A stretch of 60,442 nucleotides of DNA. Origin: Candidatus Tayloriibacteriota bacterium. GTDB lineage: Bacteria > Patescibacteriota > Minisyncoccia > Phycocordibacterales > PALSA-1337. Shown one piece after another: positions 9,740 to 20,439 of this stretch (position 1 is its first letter; each line of letters opens with the position of its first letter). The position numbers and the translations under genes are program-made. The stretch spans positions 1 to 60,442 of the forward strand of contig CAIOGI010000003.1 in NCBI GenBank assembly GCA_903857825.1, given 5' to 3'. The notes under the pieces were generated by a model that searched no databases, was not told where the DNA came from, and worked only from the letters and a program-made list of their open reading frames with translations.

Positions 9740-10607
9740 AAAAATTATTATTTGTACAACTTTTAGAGAATTTAATGGAAATTCAAATGACAAAATACAA
9801 AGACTTTTTCTAGAATCCATAAAGGAACAAACGTACAAGAATTTCATCTTGTCAGTAACTACATTTGGAGAGAAAAATGTAGAGAAAGTACTTGTTCAAG
9901 AAGAAATCCCACATATTATATTTAAGGGTGATGCCGGAGAATATAGATTCTCACTAACACAGGTTTTACAAAATGCAATATCACTTATCATAAATAGTGA
10001 TTCGCATATTATACTGTGGACTACTTGTGATGTTATTTTTGAAAAAGACTTTTTTGAAAACATTATTAATGAGTTTAAACCTGGATACTGTGGAACATCT
10101 CTACCTCATTCTGTATATACTAATCATGATAATTATATAAATAATAACAACCCCTGGAAATTATGGTGGGGATTGGATCTAATTTTTTTCGATTCTGACA
10201 TTTTAGCTTCAGTAAAAGTTAATAATATAATTGATAATTATCCTAATAACGGTTGGGGATATTTTGAGTTTTTTTTAAGTGGGGTTGGTAAAAAGTTTTT
10301 TAAAAAGATGATAAATGTTAGACCATATACAGTTTCTAAAATAGAGAATGATAGGTTGGCTAATAATGAGACAAAGGCCTTTTTCTCATTATCAACATCT
10401 CATAATAAAAATACATATGAATCCTTTATGACAGATTACCATCTTAATAAGGATCCGTATTCTATTCTTTTAAATTACAAAGTTTTGAATAAAAACTTTA
10501 TTCAAAAGACAATTATATACTTTAATTTAAAAAGGAGACAGTTGGCGGCCAAACTAAATAGGTTTACCCACCATTTATATATAAAATATTTTAAAAATAG
10601 ATTTTAA
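9711..10607 (+). CDS. Hypothetical protein, possible GT-A glycosyltransferase
   Basis: FLESIKEQTYKNF and WTTCDVIF resemble GT2 segments; operon context. Confidence 0.45.
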   Translation: MKSLKKQDDRKIIICTTFREFNGNSNDKIQRLFLESIKEQTYKNFILSVTTFGEKNVEKVLVQEEIPHIIFKGDAGEYRFSLTQVLQNAISLIINSDSHIILWTTCDVIFEKDFFENIINEFKPGYCGTSLPHSVYTNHDNYINNNNPWKLWWGLDLIFFDSDILASVKVNNIIDNYPNNGWGYFEFFLSGVGKKFFKKMINVRPYTVSKIENDRLANNETKAFFSLSTSHNKNTYESFMTDYHLNKDPYSILLNYKVLNKNFIQKTIIYFNLKRRQLAAKLNRFTHHLYIKYFKNRF

Positions 10608-10669
10608 AATCAAGAAAATAGGCTTAATTGTTCATAAATACAATAATTGTTACAAATACTACTAATATC

Positions 10670-11419
10670 TTATAATATTAGATTATGCAAATCACTAATC
10701 CTCCATAAAGATAAATTTTTATCAGCAAACTCACTATCCTCTATATATTCTTCTTTTATTTTAAAAATTGATTCGGGAAAATTAAATGGTGTAATATTTA
10801 AGTTTATTGGTCTCCAACGACCTGTAATTATATCATTATTCTTAATATGATCTGGGAATGTTGTTGTTAAAAGATATTTTGATTTACTCTTAATTATATT
10901 TAATGTAGCCCTTTTCACATCTTCATTACAGAGATGTACGAGACAATCACGACAAATAATTAAATCAACCTCTGGTAAGTCCCCCGTGATAATATCAATT
11001 TGTTTAAATGTTCTATTCTTATTGCTATATTCTTTATTATTTACATCAATTAGGGGTTTAACTATATCTGCGCCGATATATTTTATATCATTCATTTCGA
11101 CAGCTTTCATCCAATAAAAGTCACCACATGGAATGTCCAATATTGTCTTAATGTTATAGTTAGTAATTAGTTTTTCTATAGAATATCTGATAACTTCTGT
11201 TGCTGCTAAATTTGAACCTGTTCCTGATAGCGAATCAGCATCTCCCCAACTATTCTGATTATAAATATTTGTAAATCTTGATTCAGTATCTAATTTACTC
11301 AAACGATATTCGGCAAAAAGGTTCCAAGAAAACTTTATTCCTGGTATATTTTTGATGAGTCTTTTAATATTACTCATTGTTTTGTTATTATTCATCTTTA
11401 GTAGTATAAAACAAAACAC
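10670..11419 (-). CDS. Class I SAM-dependent methyltransferase
   Basis: SGTGS, ILDIPCGD, YIGADIV and DLIICRDCLVHL motifs; true start may be a downstream ATG. Confidence 0.8.
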   Translation of the reverse strand: MFCFILLKMNNNKTMSNIKRLIKNIPGIKFSWNLFAEYRLSKLDTESRFTNIYNQNSWGDADSLSGTGSNLAATEVIRYSIEKLITNYNIKTILDIPCGDFYWMKAVEMNDIKYIGADIVKPLIDVNNKEYSNKNRTFKQIDIITGDLPEVDLIICRDCLVHLCNEDVKRATLNIIKSKSKYLLTTTFPDHIKNNDIITGRWRPINLNITPFNFPESIFKIKEEYIEDSEFADKNLSLWRISDLHNLIL

Positions 11420-11607
11420 AAACCATTACAATTTTTTGTTCCCTAGCTTGAACATATTCACAAAATTCAGTCACTTTGAAAATTCTTGTTTGAAATATAA
11501 CCCATATTTAGATGCTGTACACTATGAGATAGTAGCAACCAAAGTTTTGATTTGCCCCAAAATTGACACTTGATAAGTATACGCAAAAAAGCCATAATAA
11601 TCTATAC

Positions 11608-12510
11608 ATGTGTAACGCAATAAAAAAAATATTATATAAAATCCAAGGTAAAATTTACAGAAGTATTGCAAAACTCTTTAAATACAGATCAACGAGTTAT
11701 CCTTACATAAGTGGCGATGGTTTCAGATCAATGGCTGATCACATATATGATGAAACTTTTAAATGCAGAGCGAGTGAAGTAGAAGATAATGATGTGGTAT
11801 TTCTTAAGACAGATATGAAAGAAGAGTGGTTTACCTTAATTCATCCAAAAATTATGTCGAGATACAAATTAATTACTCATAACAGTGATGATGTTATTGG
11901 TAGAAAGGAGTCTTTATACATCGACGATAAAATCATAAGATGGTTTGCACAAAATAACATATATAAACACGAAAAAATTGTTCCCATACCGATAGGGATT
12001 GAGAATAAGCACTTGTTCGTAAATGGATGGGCGTTTATGAAAGTAGTAAAAAAAATAGTAAATATTTCAACAATTGAGAAAAAAAATAAAATACTATTTG
12101 GCTTCAACATTAAGACAAACCCAAAAGAGAGAGGTACGGCCATCAGTTCTCTAAGAAATAGTGTGATCTGTGATGAAATTATACACAGGGTAACACCGAT
12201 AGAGCATTTCAATTTATTGAATAAATATAAATTTGTTGCATCCCCAGAAGGAAATGGCCCGGATTGCATAAGAACATGGGAAGCTTTAGCTTTTAAGGTT
12301 GTTCCAATTATAAAAAATTCATCGGACTGCCAAGTTATAGAACAGAATAATTTACCAATTTTGAAAATAAAAGACTGGAGTGAAATTACAAATTTAAGCG
12401 AGGAAAAACTGGCAACTATATACAATAACTATGATTTTGCTTCAAAATCTGATATAACTATGTTTGACTATTGGAAAGAAATAATAAAAAAGAATGAAAA
12501 ACTTATATAA
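11608..12510 (+). CDS. Putative glycosyltransferase (exostosin/GT47-like C-terminus)
   Basis: ITHNSD, PIPIG and SPEGNGPDCIRTWEAL motifs. Confidence 0.55.
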   Translation: MCNAIKKILYKIQGKIYRSIAKLFKYRSTSYPYISGDGFRSMADHIYDETFKCRASEVEDNDVVFLKTDMKEEWFTLIHPKIMSRYKLITHNSDDVIGRKESLYIDDKIIRWFAQNNIYKHEKIVPIPIGIENKHLFVNGWAFMKVVKKIVNISTIEKKNKILFGFNIKTNPKERGTAISSLRNSVICDEIIHRVTPIEHFNLLNKYKFVASPEGNGPDCIRTWEALAFKVVPIIKNSSDCQVIEQNNLPILKIKDWSEITNLSEEKLATIYNNYDFASKSDITMFDYWKEIIKKNEKLI

Positions 12511-13354
12511 AGTAACCCAAGAAGTAATTCCACCGATTTTGTTTAACACATTTAAAAACAGTGTGTTTTATAAGAAACTAAAACCTATAGTTAAAAAAGT
12601 TGTAGAAAAAAAGATTCCTCCTAGTTGGAATCAGGTTTCTAAGGGGGTACTAAAAGGGACGTGGCTGTTCTTCTACCCACTCGGAGAGTGGCAAGCGAAA
12701 ATGCTTGCAGAAGAATACGATAAAGAATTATTTGATGCGCTTAGAAAGCTCAATCTAAAGGGAAAAACAATTTTTGATATAGGCTCACACATTGGTTATC
12801 ATTCAATATTTTTTTCTAAACTTGTTGGACCAACTGGTGAAATACTTGCATTCGAGCCAAATCCCTTTAATGCAGACCGCATACAAAAAAACGTTGATAA
12901 AAACTTAATAAAAAATATTAAAGTAAACAATATTGCACTTTCATCAGAAAACTCTGAGACTGATTTTCTGTTTAGTGAAAATATCGAAAATGGAACCAGT
13001 AGTGGAGGTTTTATAGATGAATCAGATACATTTTATAGTAAAGACACATATGAAAATGGGATTGGTTTCAAAAGAATGAAAGTGATAACACAGAAAATTG
13101 ATAATCTCGAAAAGATCAAAAACAATACCTTAAAGATCGATATACTAAAAATTGATGTGGAAGGTGCCGAGAGCCTAGTCTTAGAGGGTGGCATTAATAC
13201 AATACTTAGAGACGAGCCTATTATATTGATCGAAATACATACCATTAGCAATATGTTCTACTTTATGGATTTCATAAATAGAATAAACTATACATACAAT
13301 TTACTTAAAAAAGAGCCTGATGGTAGACATCTTATACTGGCAAAGAAAAAATAG
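12494..13354 (+). CDS. FkbM-family methyltransferase
   Basis: FDIGSHIGY, AFEPNP and LKIDVEGAE motifs. Confidence 0.9.
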   Translation: MKNLYKVTQEVIPPILFNTFKNSVFYKKLKPIVKKVVEKKIPPSWNQVSKGVLKGTWLFFYPLGEWQAKMLAEEYDKELFDALRKLNLKGKTIFDIGSHIGYHSIFFSKLVGPTGEILAFEPNPFNADRIQKNVDKNLIKNIKVNNIALSSENSETDFLFSENIENGTSSGGFIDESDTFYSKDTYENGIGFKRMKVITQKIDNLEKIKNNTLKIDILKIDVEGAESLVLEGGINTILRDEPIILIEIHTISNMFYFMDFINRINYTYNLLKKEPDGRHLILAKKK

Positions 13355-13356
13355 AT

Positions 13357-14175
13357 TTATTCACACTTTTTAAAAACTCCTACATAGCTAATGTTACAAA
13401 AGTCATTATATCTGTTTTTTCTTTCAAAGTAATACGAAATTACATCAACGAAATAGTAGAATATTTTAATAATCCATATAAAAAGTGGACTAAGAACCCT
13501 ATAAATTGGGTTTCGAGAATACCTTTTGTCTCTAATTGAAATAGAAAAGATGTAACGCTTAAAGAAGTTTTTTACTTTTCCTTCTTCATAACTATCAAAA
13601 ATCTTTTCATATTTATATTTATTCATAACTTTATTAATCTCAATACGATCATAATGCTTATAATGTCCCTCATGATCTGATTTTCCTCTATTATGAAAGA
13701 TGGAAGATTCGCTTGCTGGCCCACAATAAATTGGATTGGGTGTCAAAATATAGAGTACTCCTCCTACATCCTGTACTTTACTGACTTTTTCTAGAAGTGA
13801 CGGCATATCAATCAATGGTATATGTTCAAATATATCTGCCATTAAAATAAAATCAAATTTTTCATCAAAATCTAATTCTTGAATAAACCCAAGCTTTACA
13901 GAAAAATTCTGATATACTCGTAGAAGATCCAATAAGTGCTCATTGTGATTTGCTTCAATAGCAGTTCCCTTTCTAAATTTGTGCAATAGTGCTGTAGAAT
14001 AATGCCCCGTCGAAGCTCCAATATCAAGAAAGTTATCCCATTTATCACATAGATTAATAGCATTATTTATTACTTCTATAGTAGATCTTTTTGTCACATC
14101 TGGAAATCTGCGACTCATTCTATCGTCATTATTATACTTCTTATAAAGTTTATATAAATCTTTGTTTTTATACAT
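13357..14175 (-). CDS. Class I SAM-dependent methyltransferase
   Basis: LDIGASTG, FDFILMADIFEH and GGVLYILTPN motifs. Confidence 0.8.
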   Translation of the reverse strand: MYKNKDLYKLYKKYNNDDRMSRRFPDVTKRSTIEVINNAINLCDKWDNFLDIGASTGHYSTALLHKFRKGTAIEANHNEHLLDLLRVYQNFSVKLGFIQELDFDEKFDFILMADIFEHIPLIDMPSLLEKVSKVQDVGGVLYILTPNPIYCGPASESSIFHNRGKSDHEGHYKHYDRIEINKVMNKYKYEKIFDSYEEGKVKNFFKRYIFSISIRDKRYSRNPIYRVLSPLFIWIIKIFYYFVDVISYYFERKNRYNDFCNISYVGVFKKCE

Positions 14176-14179
14176 AAAA

Positions 14180-16129
14180 TTATGATTTCATCCAATTATG
14201 AAAAGAGACTGTCTTATACTTATTGGAGTATCTTTTTGTTAGTTTTTCAAGACTATTAAAATGACTTCTTGATAGCCCTGTATTATATAACGGTCGTGTC
14301 ACAACATTTTCTGGATGGTTATAAAGAACCCAGTTAGCATATGTGTCGTAATCACTCATCGATGAAGCTTCTTTCGGATCAGCCAAATCAATATACGCCT
14401 CATCCCAAGTTTTACCATTTTTGTTTTCAATTTCTCTTTTCATCTCCGCAAGATATTCAACATCGAAAAGCATCATGTGGGAAGTGAAAGAAAGTCTAGT
14501 GGGGGCATCATATCCAAAAAGCTTTTTGAATGATTTAAAGTAAGCATCATGCCATTCTGTATTGTATCTAAAAACTACTTTATCATTATTATTACCCTCA
14601 AGAAATATGTGTGGATTTATAAGTATTGTATCAGAATCAACAACTAGATATCTTCGTGTTTTAACAAACTTATCTCCAGCAAATTTGATAATCTGTTGAA
14701 AAACCCATCCACTCCTATCTTTTCCATTTACTTCGTATTTAATGTGATCCTTATCATACCCAAGAACAGATTTTTCATCTATAAAATGATATCCTTTTTG
14801 ATTACAAAAGTGAATCAGATCTTCTTCAGTCTTAGATACGATGTAAACATCACCAAGGTTATTACATACATTCTTTTCTAGGCTTTGAAGCATAACTTTC
14901 ATAATCGCACGATCCCAATAAACGGTCTTAATAAAAATATCAATTTTTTCTTTACTATTTTTTACAAGAGAACAATCTTCAGCAAAGTCAATCCTTATGA
15001 TTTGCTTCGCACACAGTAATATATAATTCATTGTGATAGAAATTTGATGCTTAATACCTAATCGTGTTTTTATATCGTAAATAAATATATAGTACGGCTT
15101 AAGAATCTTCTTTACTTTTTTTATGTATGGAGTATAAAATTTAAGCTTTAATGCAGGTGATTCAATTTGTTTTTTGATCGATTCTATTTCATATGCACTT
15201 AATTTATCCGACAATCGTCTTTTCTCACAAGATACTAATTGAGTATTGTAATCACCTACAAATAACGGATCGAAACATCTTGAAACTAAATTAAATAGAT
15301 CCCCTTCATTGTTTAGATTAAAAGATAGAATAAATTTCTTAACTTCAGGATCAAATAAGTATAAAAATTCAGTAAGAATACGAAACCAATTTCTATTTGA
15401 TCTTCCAGATCTAGCTTCTCGAGTATAATATGATGCGTAAAATCCTCTAGGATGCAAACGGTGATAATACTCTGCATCTGGACAGGTATATGCGACCAAT
15501 CCACTAGCCAGGAATCTCCATGCAAATGCTTGAGTGTCGAAACCATGATTTTCTGGATAACCGCCTGACAGAGTAAACGCTTCTTTTGTGTGCATAAAAA
15601 CAGAATATAATGGACACAATACATTATTTATTTGCAAAAGACTCTCAAATGGAATCCTTTCTCCAGAATATGAAAATGTATCAATCCTATCAATATATTT
15701 TTTATCGATACCACGAAACTTGCCTTTAAACTTTATAGATCTGTGCAAACCTACACCATCACAAATTAATCCTCTTTTCTTTTTATCCTCCATAAATAGA
15801 TACATCCTTGATAAGGTGCCATCTGGTAAAATGTCATCACTATCAAGACAAAATATGACATCACCAGATGATTTTGATATAGCAGTATTACGAGTTGCTC
15901 CCCCTCCCTTATTTTGAGTGTGAAAAAATATTTTAATCTCCTTATGCTCAGATGCTATCTTTCTTAAAAACTCTGGCGTTGTGTCTTTTGAACCATCGTC
16001 AACCATTATAATTTCAAAAGTAATCATATTTTCCTTAAGATTTTGTCTAAAACAAGAAGAAACAGCCTCCGAAACAGTACGGGCAGAATTAAACGTCGGA
16101 ATTATTATTGAGAGTTTGGGTTTAGACAT
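14180..16129 (-). CDS. Two-domain glycosyltransferase (N-terminal GT2 plus second GT-A/DUF6492-like domain)
   Basis: SIIIPTFN, VDDGSKD and LDSDD; second domain with GWVFQQIIK, VVDSD and SDYDTY. Confidence 0.75.
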   Translation of the reverse strand: MSKPKLSIIIPTFNSARTVSEAVSSCFRQNLKENMITFEIIMVDDGSKDTTPEFLRKIASEHKEIKIFFHTQNKGGGATRNTAISKSSGDVIFCLDSDDILPDGTLSRMYLFMEDKKKRGLICDGVGLHRSIKFKGKFRGIDKKYIDRIDTFSYSGERIPFESLLQINNVLCPLYSVFMHTKEAFTLSGGYPENHGFDTQAFAWRFLASGLVAYTCPDAEYYHRLHPRGFYASYYTREARSGRSNRNWFRILTEFLYLFDPEVKKFILSFNLNNEGDLFNLVSRCFDPLFVGDYNTQLVSCEKRRLSDKLSAYEIESIKKQIESPALKLKFYTPYIKKVKKILKPYYIFIYDIKTRLGIKHQISITMNYILLCAKQIIRIDFAEDCSLVKNSKEKIDIFIKTVYWDRAIMKVMLQSLEKNVCNNLGDVYIVSKTEEDLIHFCNQKGYHFIDEKSVLGYDKDHIKYEVNGKDRSGWVFQQIIKFAGDKFVKTRRYLVVDSDTILINPHIFLEGNNNDKVVFRYNTEWHDAYFKSFKKLFGYDAPTRLSFTSHMMLFDVEYLAEMKREIENKNGKTWDEAYIDLADPKEASSMSDYDTYANWVLYNHPENVVTRPLYNTGLSRSHFNSLEKLTKRYSNKYKTVSFHNWMKS

Positions 16130-16236
16130 CTTTAATGATTAAATTTATGTATAATTAAATGTATTGTAGGTAATTATGATATCATATACTATAAAATATA
16201 CTACAAGATATATTATAAGATTATCAAAAAAAACAT

Positions 16237-17112
16237 ATGATACTCATCAACCTAAAAGGCGGTCTAGGAAATCAGTTATTCCAATACGCAACTGGAAGAG
16301 CTTTGTCATTACGAAATGATAATAAGCTCAAACTCGATATAACAGGCTATAGCAAAAACAATAACATAGACACTGTGCGCCACTATGCCCTATCACCATT
16401 CGACATAAAGGCTGAAATAGCTTCTGCCGCAGAAATAAAGAAACTAAAATATCCGTTCGGGCTAATCTCAAAAGGGTGGAGATTTTTCAAGACAAAAGCA
16501 CTAAGAATATTCAACATATCTTTTAATCCAAAGATATTCTATTCAAAAAAGCCTTTGTATCTTGACGGATTTTTTCAAACAGAAAGGTACTTTATAGACA
16601 AAGAAGATGAGATTAGAAAAGATCTAACACTCAAGGATTCCTTGAGTCCGAGAGCTTTAGAGGTGCTGTCAAAGATAAATAGCTGCCCAAATAGCGTTTC
16701 TCTACATGTTAGACGCGGCGACTATGTTAGCGATAAGAGTACGAATCTGCACCACGGCACTTGCGATCCATCATATTACACGAAGGCAGTAGAATACATG
16801 AGCACAAAAATCGGCAACAACATACATATCTTCGTCTTTTCTGATGGAATAGAATGGGCAAAGGAAAATATCAAATTCCCTTACGAAACATCCTATGTGT
16901 CACCGATCAAATCAACACCATTAGATGAAATTGAAGAACTAATCCTTATGAGCAAATGTAAACACAACATTATTGCCAATTCTTCTTTTAGTTGGTGGGG
17001 TGCTTGGTTAAATCAAAACCGTGATAAAATAGTTATCGCACCTAAAAGATGGGTATTAATGGGTGAAAAAAACTACAAGGATATAATTCCCTCAACATGG
17101 CACAGAATATAA
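16237..17112 (+). CDS. Alpha-1,2-fucosyltransferase (GT11)
   Basis: GGLGNQLFQY, HVRRGDY and NSSFSWWGAWL motifs. Confidence 0.9.
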   Translation: MILINLKGGLGNQLFQYATGRALSLRNDNKLKLDITGYSKNNNIDTVRHYALSPFDIKAEIASAAEIKKLKYPFGLISKGWRFFKTKALRIFNISFNPKIFYSKKPLYLDGFFQTERYFIDKEDEIRKDLTLKDSLSPRALEVLSKINSCPNSVSLHVRRGDYVSDKSTNLHHGTCDPSYYTKAVEYMSTKIGNNIHIFVFSDGIEWAKENIKFPYETSYVSPIKSTPLDEIEELILMSKCKHNIIANSSFSWWGAWLNQNRDKIVIAPKRWVLMGEKNYKDIIPSTWHRI

Positions 17113-17126
17113 GTAAAATATAAATT

Positions 17127-17933
17127 ATGCAAGAAAATCAAAAATTCACAAATAATGAAAATTTAATGACACCGAAAGTGTCTGTGATTATTGCTACTTA
17201 TAATAGGGCAAATTATATTCACGAAGCTATTGATAGTGTGCTTAAACAATCCTATTCAAATTGGGAAATAGTAATTATTGATGACGCTTCAGAAGATACT
17301 ACTGGGGAAATAGTAAGAAAATATAGAGAAAAAGATCCACGAATTTTTTATTATAAAAATCAAAAGAATTTAGGTATAGCTAAAACAAGAAATAAAGGTC
17401 TGGAATTGGCTCGTGGTGAATACATCGCCCCACTCGACAGTGATGATATTTGGCTTGATAAGGACAAATTGAAAAAACAAGTAGAATTTCTCGATGCAAA
17501 TCCAGACTATGCAATGCTTGGTGGTGGTATTATGCATATTGATGCACAATCTAAACCTATTAAAAAAGTGCTATTCCCTGTTTATGATTCGGTTATTCGC
17601 AATATCATACTTCAGTTCAATCCATTTGCTCAATCAACTCTGCTCTTCAGAAAAAGTGCAGCTTTAGAAGTTGGCGGATACTCTACAGAATACAAGGTTG
17701 CAGATGATTATGATCTTTGGTTAAAGATAGGAATGAAATACAAATTCACAAATATTCCTCAAGTCTTGTCTGGTTACCGAATACACGGTGGAAATATTAC
17801 ACACACAAAAAGATTGACCACAGCGAAAGAAATCTTGGAAATAGTAAGGAAGTATGCCAAGTACTACAAAAGACCGACTATGGGCATTATAAAGGCTTAT
17901 ATGCGTATATTATTGTCGTATTTCAGGACCTAA
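17127..17933 (+). CDS. GT2 glycosyltransferase
   Basis: VSVIIATYN, IDDAS, LDSDD and DDYDLW motifs. Confidence 0.9.
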   Translation: MQENQKFTNNENLMTPKVSVIIATYNRANYIHEAIDSVLKQSYSNWEIVIIDDASEDTTGEIVRKYREKDPRIFYYKNQKNLGIAKTRNKGLELARGEYIAPLDSDDIWLDKDKLKKQVEFLDANPDYAMLGGGIMHIDAQSKPIKKVLFPVYDSVIRNIILQFNPFAQSTLLFRKSAALEVGGYSTEYKVADDYDLWLKIGMKYKFTNIPQVLSGYRIHGGNITHTKRLTTAKEILEIVRKYAKYYKRPTMGIIKAYMRILLSYFRT

Positions 17934-17953
17934 TTAACCCAAAGTCATATTTT

Positions 17954-17993
17954 GTAAAATTGGACTCCCTCACCGCGTCGAGTCCAATTTTAC
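17954..17993 (-). repeat. Minimal (empty) copy of the nested palindromic element
   Basis: Perfect 14-bp arms GTAAAATTGGACTC/GAGTCCAATTTTAC around a 12-nt loop (GACGCGGTGAGG on minus) that is shared with the larger copies. Confidence 0.9.
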
Positions 17994-19909
17994 TACTCCA
18001 CCTTTAATATATCTCTAAGCTTCTCTTCTGGTATCTCTTTAACTAAACTTGGCTGCGGTTTTGATTCTACTTTTTGCTCTTTTTTTTCCTGAATTTTATC
18101 TTCTTTTTTATTTTCAACCTTATTTGCCGACATTAATGATGCTAATGCATTCTTTAAGTCATTTACTCTTTGTGGTTCAGCTTCTTTTATATTTCTTTGT
18201 GATGACAGTGAATTTAATGATACTGGATTTGGCTTATTAATATTGACCTGTGTTGGTGTATTGGGAATTTTGTTTTCAATTATTGATTCTGGCTTTGCTT
18301 GAATTGTCTCTTTAATTTTAATTTCTTCAAAAGCTTTTTTGAATGGCTGTACTACTGTTGGGACACTTACTGGTGTAGATTCATGACCAGGATTCGGTGT
18401 TGGTTTTACAGGAGAAGGATTAATCGTATTTGGTACGGTATTAGATATGGTATTCGGGATTGAATTTGCAATTACTGGATTATTCTTAACAATACTATTT
18501 TCTTTTGGTATATGATTCTTTAGTTCCGAGACATAGACTTCAGGTTTCTTAATAACCGGAACATTTAACAACGGTTTTACATACGTAGGAGCAGGGCTTG
18601 ATTGTGGTTTTTGAGGTGCCTTAATAGGAGCCATCCAATCATCGATAGCCTTCTCTACATCTATTCTTGGATGCGCATACTGTTTCCTAGACATTTCTAT
18701 CACTGATTGCATACTAGAACTCTCTGGTTTTGCAATAGGTGGTAAAGTGGTGGCAGAAAATGGTTGTGAACTTATACCATCAATCATTAATTTTAAATAT
18801 GTCTGAAAAATTCCAAGATTTACCAGATCCTCAGCTGTGAACTGTGGCATAAATTCTTTTTCAAGAACCTCTGCATCAAATGCACCGACTCTGAACACGA
18901 TCATTGTTCCAACGTTACCGAATACAGCTGCCCTTACCTCTTCTTCCATCTGCTCTATGTACTGGTGAGCAATAGTTAAATTTAATTTATATTTTCTTGC
19001 CTCAGACAAAATATCAGCAAAGCTTTCGTTGGCAAAAGACTGAAACTCGTCAACGAATAGATAGAAATTTGGCATTGTCCTTAATATACGATCTGGAGTA
19101 TCTGCTCGAGAAAGTGCGGCGAGATATATCTTTGTTATTAGCATACCACCTAGAAGATTGGCATTTGCCTCTCCTATTCTTCCCTTTGAAAGATTGATTA
19201 TGAAAATTTTTCCATTATCCATCATTTCTCGAATATCGAAAGATGATTTTGGTTGCCCTATCATGTTTCTGATAAGAGCATTTGCTGTGAACTGTCCAAT
19301 CTTGTTCTGAATTGCAGGCACTGCTTCTGCCGCCATTCTCTCTGTGTAATTTGCAAATTCTTGAGTCCAAAAAGCTTTTACTGATGAGTCTGTAATATGA
19401 GTGATGACTTGATTTCTGAAGTTCTTATCAGACAACATTCTATTCACACCGAGAAGTGTTGCACCTGGGTATTCTAGTAGTGCCAACAAAGTGTTTGTCA
19501 AAATGTATTCCATTCTTGCTGACCATGCATCTTGCCAAATCTTTTTAAATGTACTCATTAAACCAGATACGACTAGGTGTCTCTTGTCTGGATCAACACT
19601 TTCGAGAACATTGAAAGCAATAGGATAGTCCATATCAAAAGGTGCAAAATACACAACATCCTTTTGTCTATGTTCTGGTACATATTCCAAAAGTAATTCT
19701 GCAGTTTTTCCGTGAGGATCTATGAAGGCCATTCCTTCTCCATTCTTTATGTCCTGCACTGCCATATTTTCAAGCAAGGTAGACTTTCCCATACCCGTCT
19801 TTCCGATAACATAAACGTGCTTTGTTCTATCTTTGGCTTTAATACCAAATGTTACCTTTTTGTTTCTGGCATCAGTTTGCCCAAAAAATGTAATCCTTTC
19901 TTCATTCAT
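17993..19909 (-). CDS. VirB4/TrwB/HerA-like (type IV secretion coupling-type) ATPase with Pro/Asn-rich tail
   Basis: GKTGMGKS, FIDPHG, LFVDEFQ, SEARKY and AHQY motifs. Confidence 0.85.
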   Translation of the reverse strand: MNEERITFFGQTDARNKKVTFGIKAKDRTKHVYVIGKTGMGKSTLLENMAVQDIKNGEGMAFIDPHGKTAELLLEYVPEHRQKDVVYFAPFDMDYPIAFNVLESVDPDKRHLVVSGLMSTFKKIWQDAWSARMEYILTNTLLALLEYPGATLLGVNRMLSDKNFRNQVITHITDSSVKAFWTQEFANYTERMAAEAVPAIQNKIGQFTANALIRNMIGQPKSSFDIREMMDNGKIFIINLSKGRIGEANANLLGGMLITKIYLAALSRADTPDRILRTMPNFYLFVDEFQSFANESFADILSEARKYKLNLTIAHQYIEQMEEEVRAAVFGNVGTMIVFRVGAFDAEVLEKEFMPQFTAEDLVNLGIFQTYLKLMIDGISSQPFSATTLPPIAKPESSSMQSVIEMSRKQYAHPRIDVEKAIDDWMAPIKAPQKPQSSPAPTYVKPLLNVPVIKKPEVYVSELKNHIPKENSIVKNNPVIANSIPNTISNTVPNTINPSPVKPTPNPGHESTPVSVPTVVQPFKKAFEEIKIKETIQAKPESIIENKIPNTPTQVNINKPNPVSLNSLSSQRNIKEAEPQRVNDLKNALASLMSANKVENKKEDKIQEKKEQKVESKPQPSLVKEIPEEKLRDILKVE

Positions 19910-19936
19910 AAATATAGATCTTTATAAGAATAATAT

Positions 19937-20000
19937 TACCACAAGGGCACTTCTATTTCACTATTCGCTGTGTACAGCTCAGGTGAAATAAGTCGTACCA
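19937..20000 (-). repeat. Solo copy of the array unit
   Basis: Minus strand TGGTACGACTTATTTCACCTGAGCTGTACACAGCGAATAGTGAAATAGAAGTGCCCTTGTGGTA matches the units at 2066-2309. Confidence 0.9.
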
Positions 20001-20046
20001 TAAAAAATTTAAATAGGTGCGTGGTGGTAATGTGTATAAAAATGAG

Positions 20047-20084
20047 TAAAAGAAAACCCGCCGAGCGCTCCAAGCTCGGTGGGT
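20047..20084 (-). terminator. Intrinsic terminator after the 80-aa orphan ORF
   Basis: Stem ACCCGCCGAGC/GCTCGGTGGGT followed on minus by TTTTCTTTT. Confidence 0.6.
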
Positions 20085-20103
20085 GATTAAATCAAGTGTG
20101 TGT

Positions 20104-20346
20104 TTACCTGGGCTCAAATTCGTGTAGCTCCTCTACCTCATCACGAGCCCCCGCATCAGGATTCATAAAAAAAACGGAGTTAGATTGTTCGAAGTGGGGA
20201 ATGTTATTGCTATGCAACCGCAACAACACGACAATTCTTGAAACCCTGATTTCCTGCCTTTGACGAATTTCCCAATTGGCAGGGACCTTACCCAAAGCGA
20301 CTTCGCTTGTCACCGTTCCGAGTGTTCTCTTTGCACGTCTTTCCAT
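20104..20346 (-). CDS. Hypothetical protein (80 aa)
   Basis: ATG ORF filling the intergenic gap and followed by a terminator. Confidence 0.45.
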   Translation of the reverse strand: MERRAKRTLGTVTSEVALGKVPANWEIRQRQEIRVSRIVVLLRLHSNNIPHFEQSNSVFFMNPDAGARDEVEELHEFEPR

Positions 20347-20439
20347 AATAACTAGTAACTTCTTGCTTGTTTATTGTTATGAATGCTACCATGACACCTT
20401 CCTATTCAAAAAGTGTACATCCGAATATAAATGCTACGC

